DNA from: Chloroflexota bacterium
GTDB taxonomy: Bacteria > Chloroflexota > Dehalococcoidia > JACPPT01
Assembly: GCA_016190815.1 (NCBI GenBank)
Contig: JACPPT010000063.1
Coordinates: forward strand, 2,370-66,369
Length of the DNA stretch: 64,000 bases
Reading direction: 5' to 3'
Shown: one piece after another, positions 25,005 to 34,154 of the stretch
Position numbering within the stretch: position 1 is the first letter of the stretch
Layout of the letters: each line of letters opens with the position of its first letter
Program-made: the position numbers and the translations under genes
The notes under the pieces: generated by a model
Database searches by the model: none
Seen by the model: only the letters and a program-made list of their open reading frames with translations
Told to the model about the DNA's origin: nothing

Positions 25005-26183
25005 CTAGTCCCTGCGGCCGAAGATGGCCACGGCAGAGGTGAACCAGCCGGGCGAGCCGCCCAGGTTGTGGGTAAGCCCCGTGCGCACGTTCTTCACCTG
25101 GCGTGGCCCAGCCTTGCCCTGTAGCTGCTTATACACCTCGTAGATCATCCGCAGCCCGCTTGCTCCAATGGGATGCCCAAAGCATTTCAGGCCGCCATCT
25201 GTGTTTACGGGGAGTCCGCCCTCCAGGGAGAAGAACCCGGACTCCACGTCCTCCGGCGCTCTCCCTTTGGGGCTCCACTGGAGGTCCTCGTAGATAATCA
25301 TCTCGGTGATGGTGAAGCAGTCGTGCACTACGGCAATATCTATCTCCTCGCGCGGGGTCTTTATCCCCGCCTCTTTATATGCCAACTCCCCTGCGGCCAC
25401 GTTCTCCTGGAAGTGCACGTAGTCGTAGGTGTTCTGAAGGACGGCCTGTTGAGCACCACAGGCGATCCCCAGTCCCTTCACCAAAATGTAGTCCTGTTTG
25501 AAGTTCTTTGCTATATCCGGGCGAGTGATTATGGCGGCAGCCGAACCGTCGCTGACGCCGCAGCAGTCAAAGAGGCCCAGAGGCCAGGCTATCATTGGAG
25601 CGTTTATTGCCTGCTCCTCCGTAATCTCCCTTCTGAAGTGAGCCTTAGGGTTGAGAGTGCCGTTGTGATGGTTCTTAACGGCTATCTTAGCAAGGATTCG
25701 TTTCCCCTGCTCGTAGCTCAGTCCATAGTGATGGAAATATCTTGTAGCAGCCATAGCAAACTGCATTGGCGGCGGGCTGGGCGGGGTAACCTCGCTGGTT
25801 ATGATCTCCAGATTGCCAGGAAGGCCGGTGAACCCGGTGTCCTTTAGCTTTTCCACTCCACAGGCGAGGACAACATCATATATGCCAGCCGCCACGGCGT
25901 AGCAAGCGTTTCTAAAAGCATCCGTTGCCGTGGCACAGGCGTTTTCCACCCTGGTTATGGGTATGTACTCCAGCTTAAGGGGGCGCGCCAACATCGTGCC
26001 CCTTCGACCAGACATGGTGGAGCCTACCCAGGCTGCCTGGATATCCTTGGGATCAACACCCGCATCCTCAAAGGCCTCCCAGCAGGCATCAATCATCAGG
26101 TCATCAGGGCTTTTATCCCACAGCTCACCGAATTTGGTGCAGCCCATCCCAACTATGGCTACTCTGTCCTTTATGCCCTCCAT
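25005..26183 (-). CDS. SCP-x/archaeal-type thiolase
   Basis: VAIVGMGCTKFGE N-terminus, nucleophile Cys in VENACATATDAF, and GHPIGASG. Start set at ATG 26183, after GGGAGGTG. Confidence 0.88.
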   Translation of the reverse strand: MEGIKDRVAIVGMGCTKFGELWDKSPDDLMIDACWEAFEDAGVDPKDIQAAWVGSTMSGRRGTMLARPLKLEYIPITRVENACATATDAFRNACYAVAAGIYDVVLACGVEKLKDTGFTGLPGNLEIITSEVTPPSPPPMQFAMAATRYFHHYGLSYEQGKRILAKIAVKNHHNGTLNPKAHFRREITEEQAINAPMIAWPLGLFDCCGVSDGSAAAIITRPDIAKNFKQDYILVKGLGIACGAQQAVLQNTYDYVHFQENVAAGELAYKEAGIKTPREEIDIAVVHDCFTITEMIIYEDLQWSPKGRAPEDVESGFFSLEGGLPVNTDGGLKCFGHPIGASGLRMIYEVYKQLQGKAGPRQVKNVRTGLTHNLGGSPGWFTSAVAIFGRRD

Positions 26184-26199
26184 GTCGTCACCTCCCTTC

Positions 26200-27600
26200 T
26201 TATACTCTAACTGGAATGGTCTTCCAGAAATAGTTGTGAATGCCTCCAACGCTGCTGAGCTCTCTGAAGCTCAGCTCCAAAGGCATTCCTACCTTTATCT
26301 CCTCTATTATGCGGTCGGTCATTTGAAGCATCGTCCTCCCGCCGCCCTCGAAGTCAACTATGGTTACCACCATGGGCACGTCCTTTGTGCCTGCAATGTA
26401 GTCCATGCTGTAGGTAAAGATAGTGGCCATCTTCTCCGATAACTGTACCTCTTCGTACTTATCCTTGGCGTGACAGAAGGTGCAAACCCTCTGAATAGGG
26501 TACTGGATGTTCTTGCAGTTCATGCACCTGCATCCATGAAATGAAAGAACCTCTCTCTGCTCCCTCCAGAGGGCAGTGGTCGAGGGTATCTTTACCGGGC
26601 GGACGGCGGATGGTACCTCTGGCAGAAGGTCGCGCCAGCGCAAATAGGTAGCATAGTCAACCATCCGCTTCGATTCCAGGTGTTTCTTTACGCCCCTCCT
26701 GTTTTTCACATCTTTTATACGTTCTGTAACCTGAAGATAGAAGGCGTCGCCTCCGTTACCATAGCCAGCCAGGAGGATTTTGTCACCGGGTTTTGCCTCC
26801 TCCAAGGCTGCAATCAGCAGCATCAGGGAATGGGCAGTCCACGTGCAACCTACTTTACCGAACAGAGGGTCCTGAACCTGCTTCTTTTCGTCAAAGCCCA
26901 GGCCCCTGACAAGCTCCGCATGCCTTCTGGAGTCGGGGGCATAGATAGCCACCCTGGAGAAGTCCTGCAAGGAAAGGTTGTGGTTTTTCATCAGTCCGGA
27001 GACAGCGTCTCTTGTGGCCTTAATATATCCCTCGCCCAAAGCAAAGCGGTCCTCTCCTGCTCGCAGGAAGCTATCTCCAGGCACCCTCCAAAAATCATTG
27101 ATTTCCGCTGTCACTGAGAAGCTGCCTTCAATGCTAGCTATTATGTCGGTATCCCCGATGAGCAAGGCAGCAGCCCCATCCCCACTGTTCATCTCGAAAT
27201 CCGAGCGGGGGGATGTAAGACGTTTGTCTGAAGCCACCACCAGGGCCTCCTTGGCTGAGCCGGCCTTGACAGCGTCGTAGGCCATCCTTATGGCAGTGGT
27301 TCCAGCCTTGGTGGAATCCGTGACGTCTGCTGTAAATATCTCCCTGGGCAGGTCAGCAGCGACGGCGACTATAGTGGCAGCTTGCTTCTCTACGTAAGGT
27401 GAAGTAGTTGTTGCAAAATACAGGCTGCCTACCTTGCTCCTGTCCCGATCCTTGAGACAGTCCATGGCCGCTGCCACAGCCATAGTAACGCTATCCTCAT
27501 CGAAGTTAGATACAGCCTTCTCCCCGCGAGCCCTGCCTATCTCACTCAGGTTTACCCTCCACAGGGGTATATATGCTCCATATGATGTGATGCCAATCAT
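26200..27600 (-). CDS. HMG-CoA synthase-like domain (catalytic residues substituted) fused to DUF35 Zn-ribbon/OB-fold domain
   Basis: N-terminal ~350 aa are collinear with HMGCS (MIGITSYGAYIP.., GYGNGGDAF). C-terminus has CRCMNC...CTFC plus an OB-fold (DUF35). See findings for the active-site substitutions. Confidence 0.8.
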   Translation of the reverse strand: MIGITSYGAYIPLWRVNLSEIGRARGEKAVSNFDEDSVTMAVAAAMDCLKDRDRSKVGSLYFATTTSPYVEKQAATIVAVAADLPREIFTADVTDSTKAGTTAIRMAYDAVKAGSAKEALVVASDKRLTSPRSDFEMNSGDGAAALLIGDTDIIASIEGSFSVTAEINDFWRVPGDSFLRAGEDRFALGEGYIKATRDAVSGLMKNHNLSLQDFSRVAIYAPDSRRHAELVRGLGFDEKKQVQDPLFGKVGCTWTAHSLMLLIAALEEAKPGDKILLAGYGNGGDAFYLQVTERIKDVKNRRGVKKHLESKRMVDYATYLRWRDLLPEVPSAVRPVKIPSTTALWREQREVLSFHGCRCMNCKNIQYPIQRVCTFCHAKDKYEEVQLSEKMATIFTYSMDYIAGTKDVPMVVTIVDFEGGGRTMLQMTDRIIEEIKVGMPLELSFRELSSVGGIHNYFWKTIPVRV

Positions 27601-27702
27601 GTCAAGCCTCCTCGACAGAGCTCATTCAAGCGGGTGTTCCCCCAACCCGCTGAATTATAGGCTACAGTGCCACAGGCGTCAATACAACTTTTGAATTATT
27701 AC

Positions 27703-28566
27703 TCACGAATCTGGATATACACGCCTTTCCAACTCTTGGATCAGGCGACTCGGCTCGTCGGCAGCCAAGTGAACATTGGTAACAGAGGAAGTAGGGCCAA
27801 GCCACCCCTGTAGAGCCTGGGGCTTTTTCAGATGGAGGGATACATTTGTCTTCCCGCCGACAGCTACGTATGCGGCATCTTCATCGGTCTTTACCTTAAG
27901 ACCATCACCACGCTGATGCGTTTTTCTGCTGTTCATCTCCACTCTCAAGATGTTGTTGTACGCGATTTCAGCCTGCGCAAGAATGCCGTATGAAATGCGA
28001 ATGCCATCCCGATCTAGGCGATAGGGCAGAGTCACCATCGAGGCGTAAAGGCCGCATACCCAGAAGAACAGATACATAGCGGAAATGAGAAGGAACCAGC
28101 GTAGCCAGGCCCAGGGCAGCAACAGCTCAATAAGCAGTAGCTCAACTGGTGTGGTGAACAGCAGGACTATCAGGAAAGGGCCCAAAATGGACTTGCGGTG
28201 ATAGGTAAAGTCGTTTTCACCTGGATGCGCTCGCCTTAGAAGCCACTTTCCCAGGCAATACCAGAGCTTTAGTTCCGAGGCCAGGGCCTTAGCCAGTTTT
28301 CCGGGCAGGAAAACCTCCATTCCATTTTCCATCGCTACCCACACATCAATGCTAGCCTTACGGTCACGCCTGTAACGATGGACGGCAACAGCGACCTGTC
28401 GAAAACCGACAATTAGTAAAAGGGCTTCTATTGCAACTACAACGCCTATGGCTGTTCTGATGTCCATGAAGCGAAGGCGAACGAGCACGACTTCTGCAAT
28501 TATAAGTGCCAGCAGAAGCCATCTCCAGATGCTTTTCGCCTTCTTGCTATTTGGACTAACTACCAT
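27703..28566 (-). CDS. hypothetical 4-TM membrane protein with soluble C-terminal domain
   Basis: No family recognised. Overlaps the hbd stop by 7 nt, so it is probably co-translated within the operon. Confidence 0.55.
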   Translation of the reverse strand: MVVSPNSKKAKSIWRWLLLALIIAEVVLVRLRFMDIRTAIGVVVAIEALLLIVGFRQVAVAVHRYRRDRKASIDVWVAMENGMEVFLPGKLAKALASELKLWYCLGKWLLRRAHPGENDFTYHRKSILGPFLIVLLFTTPVELLLIELLLPWAWLRWFLLISAMYLFFWVCGLYASMVTLPYRLDRDGIRISYGILAQAEIAYNNILRVEMNSRKTHQRGDGLKVKTDEDAAYVAVGGKTNVSLHLKKPQALQGWLGPTSSVTNVHLAADEPSRLIQELERRVYPDS

Positions 28567-29453
28567 TTGGACATGACGTCATTCCAGAAGGCGTAGATGC
28601 CCTTTCCGCCTCGCCCGGTATATCCTGCACGGACCATTATCCTTATAAGAGGATGCAGCTTGCCCTTCTCGGGGCCAAGCTCCCTCATGGCATCCTCCTC
28701 GGCAGAGGCGGCGATAGCCCAGCCGCCGATGGCGTCTGCCAGCTCCAGGGGGCCCACAGGAAGATTGTATCCCAGCTTCAGGGCCTTATCGATGTCCTCG
28801 GGGGTAGCTACCCTCTCCCAGACCATCTGAACAGCCTCGTATCTCATGCCCCGATAGGCCCTGTTGGCCAAGAAACCAAAGCTGTAATCCTTACACACCA
28901 CCGGCTCCTTCCCAAGCTTCTTCGAGAGAGCGTAAACCAGGTCCATTGTCTCCTGGGAGGTGAAAGTGCCCCTCACCACCTCCACCAGTCTCATCACCCC
29001 CACAGGGTTGAAGAAGTGCATTCCTGCCACCCTGTCCGGCCTCTGGGTTACCTTGGCCATTTCCGTTATGTTAAGTGCTGAGGTATTGGAGGCCAGCACA
29101 ACACCGGGAGGGGCGTTTTCATCAAGCTTCTTGAAAACGTCCCTTTTCACATCCAGGCTTTCGACGACCGCCTCTATCACATAGTCAGCCTTTTTCACAG
29201 TCTCGGGGATGCTGGCCGTCCCTACAATCCTGCCCATGATTTCACGGAGCTCGTCCTGGGTCATCCTGCCCTTTTCTACAAAGAACCTGTTCAACCTGGT
29301 TTCTATCGACTTGAGCCCCTCCTTGACAAGTTCGTCCTTCACGTCCCACATCACAACAGAGTACTTACCAATCCTGGAGAAGAGCTCCGCAATCTGAGAG
29401 CCCATGGTGCCTGCGCCGATCACACCTACGTTTTTAATTTTTTCCAGTTCCAC
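28560..29453 (-). CDS. hbd: 3-hydroxyacyl-CoA (3-hydroxybutyryl-CoA) dehydrogenase
   Basis: VGVIGAGTMGSQIA NAD-binding motif and SNTSAL motif. GTG start after GGAGGTG. Confidence 0.9.
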   Translation of the reverse strand: MELEKIKNVGVIGAGTMGSQIAELFSRIGKYSVVMWDVKDELVKEGLKSIETRLNRFFVEKGRMTQDELREIMGRIVGTASIPETVKKADYVIEAVVESLDVKRDVFKKLDENAPPGVVLASNTSALNITEMAKVTQRPDRVAGMHFFNPVGVMRLVEVVRGTFTSQETMDLVYALSKKLGKEPVVCKDYSFGFLANRAYRGMRYEAVQMVWERVATPEDIDKALKLGYNLPVGPLELADAIGGWAIAASAEEDAMRELGPEKGKLHPLIRIMVRAGYTGRGGKGIYAFWNDVMSKW

Positions 29454-29511
29454 GATTTCACCTCCGTAATTATTTCCGATAGAACCAGAGCACTACGCCA
29501 AAAGCACACCA

Positions 29512-29540
29512 ATAATAATCCAGCGCTTTTGTCAGGGCAA
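29512..29540 (-). promoter_or_regulatory. candidate promoter of the hbd operon (TTGCCC-17-TATTAT)
   Basis: Minus-strand hexamers at 29540-29535 and 29517-29512. Confidence 0.4.
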
Positions 29541-29556
29541 GGGGGTGCCCAATCCC

Positions 29557-29617
29557 AAAAACAGCGATTGATATGCAGCATTGCAAAGGCTGCGACCTGG
29601 ACCTGCGAACACCCCCT
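29557..29617. repeat. family-1 terminal fragment (AAAAACAGCGATTGAT) abutting family-2 copy b
   Basis: 29557-29572 matches the family-1 terminus. 29579-29617 matches 7160-7198. Confidence 0.55.
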
Positions 29618-29702
29618 TGTGTGGTATGTTATACTATTACAAACATCGAAAAAACCAGATTGTTCATAGCAAGTTTACTAAGTTTTCATGCGAGGTAAGG
29701 GA

Positions 29703-31211
29703 ATGCGGATACTACTAGTGGAGCCTCCCATAAGCTCCAAGATGGTGGGGTACACAAAGATGATACGCCCGGAGCCACTGGCTTTGGAGTTCGTTGCTGC
29801 ATCTGTCCTCCCTGAACACGAGGTAAAAATCCTGGATCTCAGAGTTGACTCTACACCGCTGGAGAGCGAGATCGCTTCCTTTCAGCCCAACCTGGTGGGC
29901 ACAACAGGCTACACTACAGATGTCCCCGAGATGCTCCACATCCTGAGAAATGTTAAAGAAAGCGACTCAGATATAGTAACGGTGGCAGGAGGGTTCCATG
30001 CCAGCCTCTGTCCACAGGATTTCAACTTCGATTTCGTAGACATCATCGTTCGAGGAGAAGGAGAGGTAACCTTTCGAGAGCTCGTGGATACCGTCGAGAA
30101 TAGGGGCGATATTGAAAAGATTGAGGGAATAATCTACCGAGAAAAAGGCAAACAAGTTTCAACGCCGCATCGAAAGGTTAGCAAGAATCTGGATGGCCTC
30201 CCTCTGCCGGCGCGTAATCTCACCGACCACTATAGAAACAAATACCACTTCCACTTCTGGGAGAACCCCTACGTCATGGAGACCGCCCGAGGATGTCCCT
30301 ATCGCTGCACCTTCTGCTCAGTGTGGGTCTTCCACGATATGAAGACTCGCTATCGCTCACCGGAGCGAGTCCTTGAGGACCTGAAGTCCGTGAACTCAAA
30401 TATGGTGAGTTTTGTCGACGACGAATTCTTCCAGAACCCCAGGCGGGCGGGGCACATCGCCGACCTTACAATGGCCGAAGGTATAAAGAAACAGTACTGG
30501 GCTCAGGTCAGGGCCGATGACATCGTGAGGTGGCCGGGCCTGGCTAAGAAGTGGCGAGACACAGGCATGACATCCATCTTTCTAGGGCTTGAGAAGATCA
30601 CCGATGAAGACCTTTCCAGCGTGAATAAAAGAACCTCGGTGGCCATCAACGACCAGGCGATAAAAATCCTTCAGGACGACCTGGGCATAGACATCTGGGG
30701 ATCGTTCATCGTTGACCCCAAATGGACGAGATCGGACTTTGATTCCCTTATTGATTACGTTCGCAGCAAGAAAATAGCGTTCCCCAGCTTCACAGTCCTC
30801 ACTCCGCTGCCAGGCACACACTTCTTCCAGGAGAAGATGCATGAGCTCACCACCCGCAACTACGAGATATTCGACCTCCTTCATGCTGTACTTCCCACCA
30901 ATATGCCGTTGGAAGAGTTCTACTCCAACATGGCACGTCTATACGCAAACACAGCGCTGAGTTGGAATGAACTCCTGCGTAGGGTGAGGTCGGGGAGAAT
31001 CCCCATCTCCGCTTTAGGCCGGATAAGAGAGCTTCTCAAAGACGTAACAAACCCTCAGGCCTACCTCAGGGACATACATGAAGCAAAAGAGCCCACAGTC
31101 TGGAGACAGTTCAAGGGCTTGGATCTATCCCGCAGGCTAAAACGCATCAAGATAAAGGGGCTTAAGGAGCATCTGAAATCGAAGAACAACATGGCATGGG
31201 GCGAAACTTAG
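29703..31211 (+). CDS. B12-binding-domain radical SAM protein
   Basis: N-terminal MRILLVEPP B12-like domain. Radical SAM motif ARGCPYRCTFCSV. GAGGT lies 6 nt before ATG 29703. Confidence 0.85.
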   Translation: MRILLVEPPISSKMVGYTKMIRPEPLALEFVAASVLPEHEVKILDLRVDSTPLESEIASFQPNLVGTTGYTTDVPEMLHILRNVKESDSDIVTVAGGFHASLCPQDFNFDFVDIIVRGEGEVTFRELVDTVENRGDIEKIEGIIYREKGKQVSTPHRKVSKNLDGLPLPARNLTDHYRNKYHFHFWENPYVMETARGCPYRCTFCSVWVFHDMKTRYRSPERVLEDLKSVNSNMVSFVDDEFFQNPRRAGHIADLTMAEGIKKQYWAQVRADDIVRWPGLAKKWRDTGMTSIFLGLEKITDEDLSSVNKRTSVAINDQAIKILQDDLGIDIWGSFIVDPKWTRSDFDSLIDYVRSKKIAFPSFTVLTPLPGTHFFQEKMHELTTRNYEIFDLLHAVLPTNMPLEEFYSNMARLYANTALSWNELLRRVRSGRIPISALGRIRELLKDVTNPQAYLRDIHEAKEPTVWRQFKGLDLSRRLKRIKIKGLKEHLKSKNNMAWGET

Positions 31212-32449
31212 ATAACCGAGTTGTCGTTACAGGAATTGGTATCATAAGCCCCCTGGGTCTGGATGTGGAATCCACGTGGAAAGCCCTCATATCGGGTCTA
31301 TCGGGTGTAAATCATATAACATTCTTCGACCCAGAGCCTTTTGAAACCCGCTTCGCCGCTGAAGTCAAAGGGTTTGACCCCCTGGCCTATTTGGACCGCA
31401 AGGACGCAAAGCGCATGGACCGTTGCATGCAGTTCGCTGTTGTTGCCAGCAAGAAAGCTGTAGAAGGCGCTAACCTAAGAATAGACGAAACCAACTCAGA
31501 AGACATAGGTGTTATCATAGGGAGCGGCATAGGGGGAATAACCACCCTTTCCCAGCAGTTCCAGGTCCTGGCCGAAAAGGGGCCTTCCAGAGTCAGTCCA
31601 TTTCTTATTCCCATGATGATCAGCGACATGTCCTCAGGGCAGGTCTCCATATCTTTGGGAGCTAAGGGCCCCAACTTTTGCACAACCTCCTCCTGCTCCA
31701 GCGGCGCAGACGCCATTGGCGTAGCTTTCAACATGATAGCTCATGGAGATATACAAGCCGTCATAGCGGGGGGCAGCGAAGCACCCATAACGCCTATAGC
31801 CCTGGCGGGCTTCAGCGCCGCAGGCGCCCTTTCCAAACGAAACGATGCCCCCCAAAAGGCATCTCGCCCCTTTGATGCACAGCGAGACGGCTTTGTAATA
31901 GGTGAAGGGGCAACCGTTCTCGTCCTGGAAAGTCTGCCCTTCGCTATGAAACGGAATGCCCCCATCCTTGCAGAGCTTGTGAGCTATGGCGCCACCGGCG
32001 ATGCTTACCATATCACACAGCCCGCCTCAAACGGCGAAGGCGGTGCCAGGGCTATGCGCATTGCCCTAAAAAGGGCTGGGCTGGAGCCTAAGGACATAGA
32101 CTATATAAACGCCCACGGCACATCCACCCCCTTGAACGATAAATTTGAGACCATGGCAATAAAGGCTGTTTTTGGTGAAGAGGCCTACCGCGTGCCTGTA
32201 AGCTCCACCAAGTCAATGACCGGGCACCTGCTGGGCGCATCGGGTGCCCTGGAGGCAGCCATATGCAGCCTGGCCATTCAGCGGGGAGCCGTGCCCCCAA
32301 CGATAAACCTGGAATATCCTGACCCCGACTGCGACCTTGACTATGTGCCACATCTGGCTCGCAGGGGCCAGGTGAGAACAGCCCTTTCCAACTCCTTTGG
32401 GTTTGGTGGACACAACTCCTGTCTCATCTTCAAAAAATACGAGGGATAG
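31196..32449 (+). CDS. fabF: beta-ketoacyl-ACP synthase II
   Basis: RVVVTGIGIISPLG start. Cys-His-His triad contexts SSCSSGADAIG, NAHGTSTPLND and TGHLLGASG. Overlaps the radical SAM gene by 16 nt. Confidence 0.92.
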   Translation: MGRNLDNRVVVTGIGIISPLGLDVESTWKALISGLSGVNHITFFDPEPFETRFAAEVKGFDPLAYLDRKDAKRMDRCMQFAVVASKKAVEGANLRIDETNSEDIGVIIGSGIGGITTLSQQFQVLAEKGPSRVSPFLIPMMISDMSSGQVSISLGAKGPNFCTTSSCSSGADAIGVAFNMIAHGDIQAVIAGGSEAPITPIALAGFSAAGALSKRNDAPQKASRPFDAQRDGFVIGEGATVLVLESLPFAMKRNAPILAELVSYGATGDAYHITQPASNGEGGARAMRIALKRAGLEPKDIDYINAHGTSTPLNDKFETMAIKAVFGEEAYRVPVSSTKSMTGHLLGASGALEAAICSLAIQRGAVPPTINLEYPDPDCDLDYVPHLARRGQVRTALSNSFGFGGHNSCLIFKKYEG

Positions 32450-32471
32450 TGCACACTGGGGGGCTGAGAAA

Positions 32472-34154
32472 TTGAACCGCAAACACTGGCGGATTCTTCC
32501 TCAGGCTCCGCCTTCTTTTTTCGATGAGTTTTCGGACCTACCCAAGCCTGTTGTGCAAGTCCTTTACAATCGAGGCATCAGGAATCTGGCTCAAGCCCAA
32601 AGTTTCCTTTCCGCTGGTAAGGGGCTTCTCCATGACCCCTTCCTCCTGCCGGACATGGATAAGGCGGTGGCTCGGATATATCGTGCTCTTCTATCCGGAG
32701 AGACCATAGCTATATTTGGCGACTTCGATACCGATGGTGTAACCTCCACCGCCCTGGTATTTCACGGGCTACGCACCCTGGGGGGAAAGGCCATTCCATA
32801 CATCCCCCACCGTGCGGAGGAGGGCCATGGGCTCAATCTTCCAGCCCTGGAGTCACTCTGGCTCGGCGGTGTCTCCCTGATTGTAACAGTGGATTGTGGC
32901 ATAAGCTCGGCTCGGGAGGTGGAAGAAATCCAAAGGGTGGGGCTGGATATAATCATAACGGACCACCATGTTGTTCCCCCTGCTATGCCCAAAGCCCTCG
33001 CCACGGTAAACCCCCAACGCTCCGACTCCATCTATCCGTTTCGCCATCTGGCCGCCGTGGGGCTAGCCTACAAGCTCATCGAGGCCCTATACAGCACACT
33101 GGGGAGGCACACTGACGAAAGCCTCTTGGAACTGGTCGCCCTGGGAACAGTGGGCGATATCATGCCTCTCGTCGATGAAAACAGATACTTTGTTAAGCGA
33201 GGACTTGAGATTCTCAACCATACTGCCTCTGCAGGTCTACGGGAGATCATCAGGTGCGCAGGGCTTAGCCCAGGAAGGATCAACACCGAGGCCATATCAT
33301 ACATGTTGGCACCCCGCCTCAACACCACCGGAAGAATAGCCCACGCTATAGAAAGTTATAAGCTTCTTGTAACCGAATCTCAGGAAGAGGCCAGGGAGCT
33401 TGCGGAGGAACTCGAGAGGAAAAACTCAGAGCGTCAGAAACAGACCGAAGTGACTTTTGCCAGAGCAAAGGCCGAGGTTGCGTCACGACCTTCCGGCGAC
33501 CCCATCATCATAGCAGGGAGCGAAGAATACCCGGGAGGCATCATCGGGCTTGTCGCCAGCAAACTGGTGGATGAGTTCTACAGACCAGCCATAGTTATGG
33601 AGATAGGGAAGGAGACCACTCGTGGAAGCGCTCGCAGCATCCCCGAGTTTAACATCATTGCAGCCCTCACCCAGTGCAGCGAGCTTTTCTTGCGCTACGG
33701 AGGTCATGCCCAAGCGGCCGGGTTCACCATCCCAACGGAGAGACTGGCAACCCTCCAGGAGCGCCTTCAGAACATAACCAGCAGCAGCTTGGAGGGTAAA
33801 GAGCTGACACCTTGTATTGACATAGACATGGAGCTTCCCCTGAGTGCACTTACCGGGGATGTCATAAGGTGCATGGAAAGACTCGCTCCCTTCGGGCAAG
33901 GAAACCCAGCACCAGTATTCTTAAGTCGAGGGGTCCAGGTAGTGGACCGTCGAGCCATCGGCAATGGCGGCGAACACCTGCGCCTCAAGCTCCTCCAAAA
34001 GAATATAACCTGGTATGCGATAGGTTTTGACATGGGCAAATGCGCAGGTGAAATCTCCCAGCGCGTAGACGTGGCATACAGCCTCACTACCAACCGCTTT
34101 GCAGGCGTGGAGGCCCTTGAGCTAAACCTTCTGGATATAGCCGCTGCTGAGTAG
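32472..34154 (+). CDS. recJ: single-stranded-DNA-specific exonuclease RecJ
   Basis: DHH motifs (IFGDFDTDGVTS, VTVDCG, IITDHH) and a DHHA1 region. Start uncertain (TTG 32472 chosen). Confidence 0.9.
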   Translation: MNRKHWRILPQAPPSFFDEFSDLPKPVVQVLYNRGIRNLAQAQSFLSAGKGLLHDPFLLPDMDKAVARIYRALLSGETIAIFGDFDTDGVTSTALVFHGLRTLGGKAIPYIPHRAEEGHGLNLPALESLWLGGVSLIVTVDCGISSAREVEEIQRVGLDIIITDHHVVPPAMPKALATVNPQRSDSIYPFRHLAAVGLAYKLIEALYSTLGRHTDESLLELVALGTVGDIMPLVDENRYFVKRGLEILNHTASAGLREIIRCAGLSPGRINTEAISYMLAPRLNTTGRIAHAIESYKLLVTESQEEARELAEELERKNSERQKQTEVTFARAKAEVASRPSGDPIIIAGSEEYPGGIIGLVASKLVDEFYRPAIVMEIGKETTRGSARSIPEFNIIAALTQCSELFLRYGGHAQAAGFTIPTERLATLQERLQNITSSSLEGKELTPCIDIDMELPLSALTGDVIRCMERLAPFGQGNPAPVFLSRGVQVVDRRAIGNGGEHLRLKLLQKNITWYAIGFDMGKCAGEISQRVDVAYSLTTNRFAGVEALELNLLDIAAAE

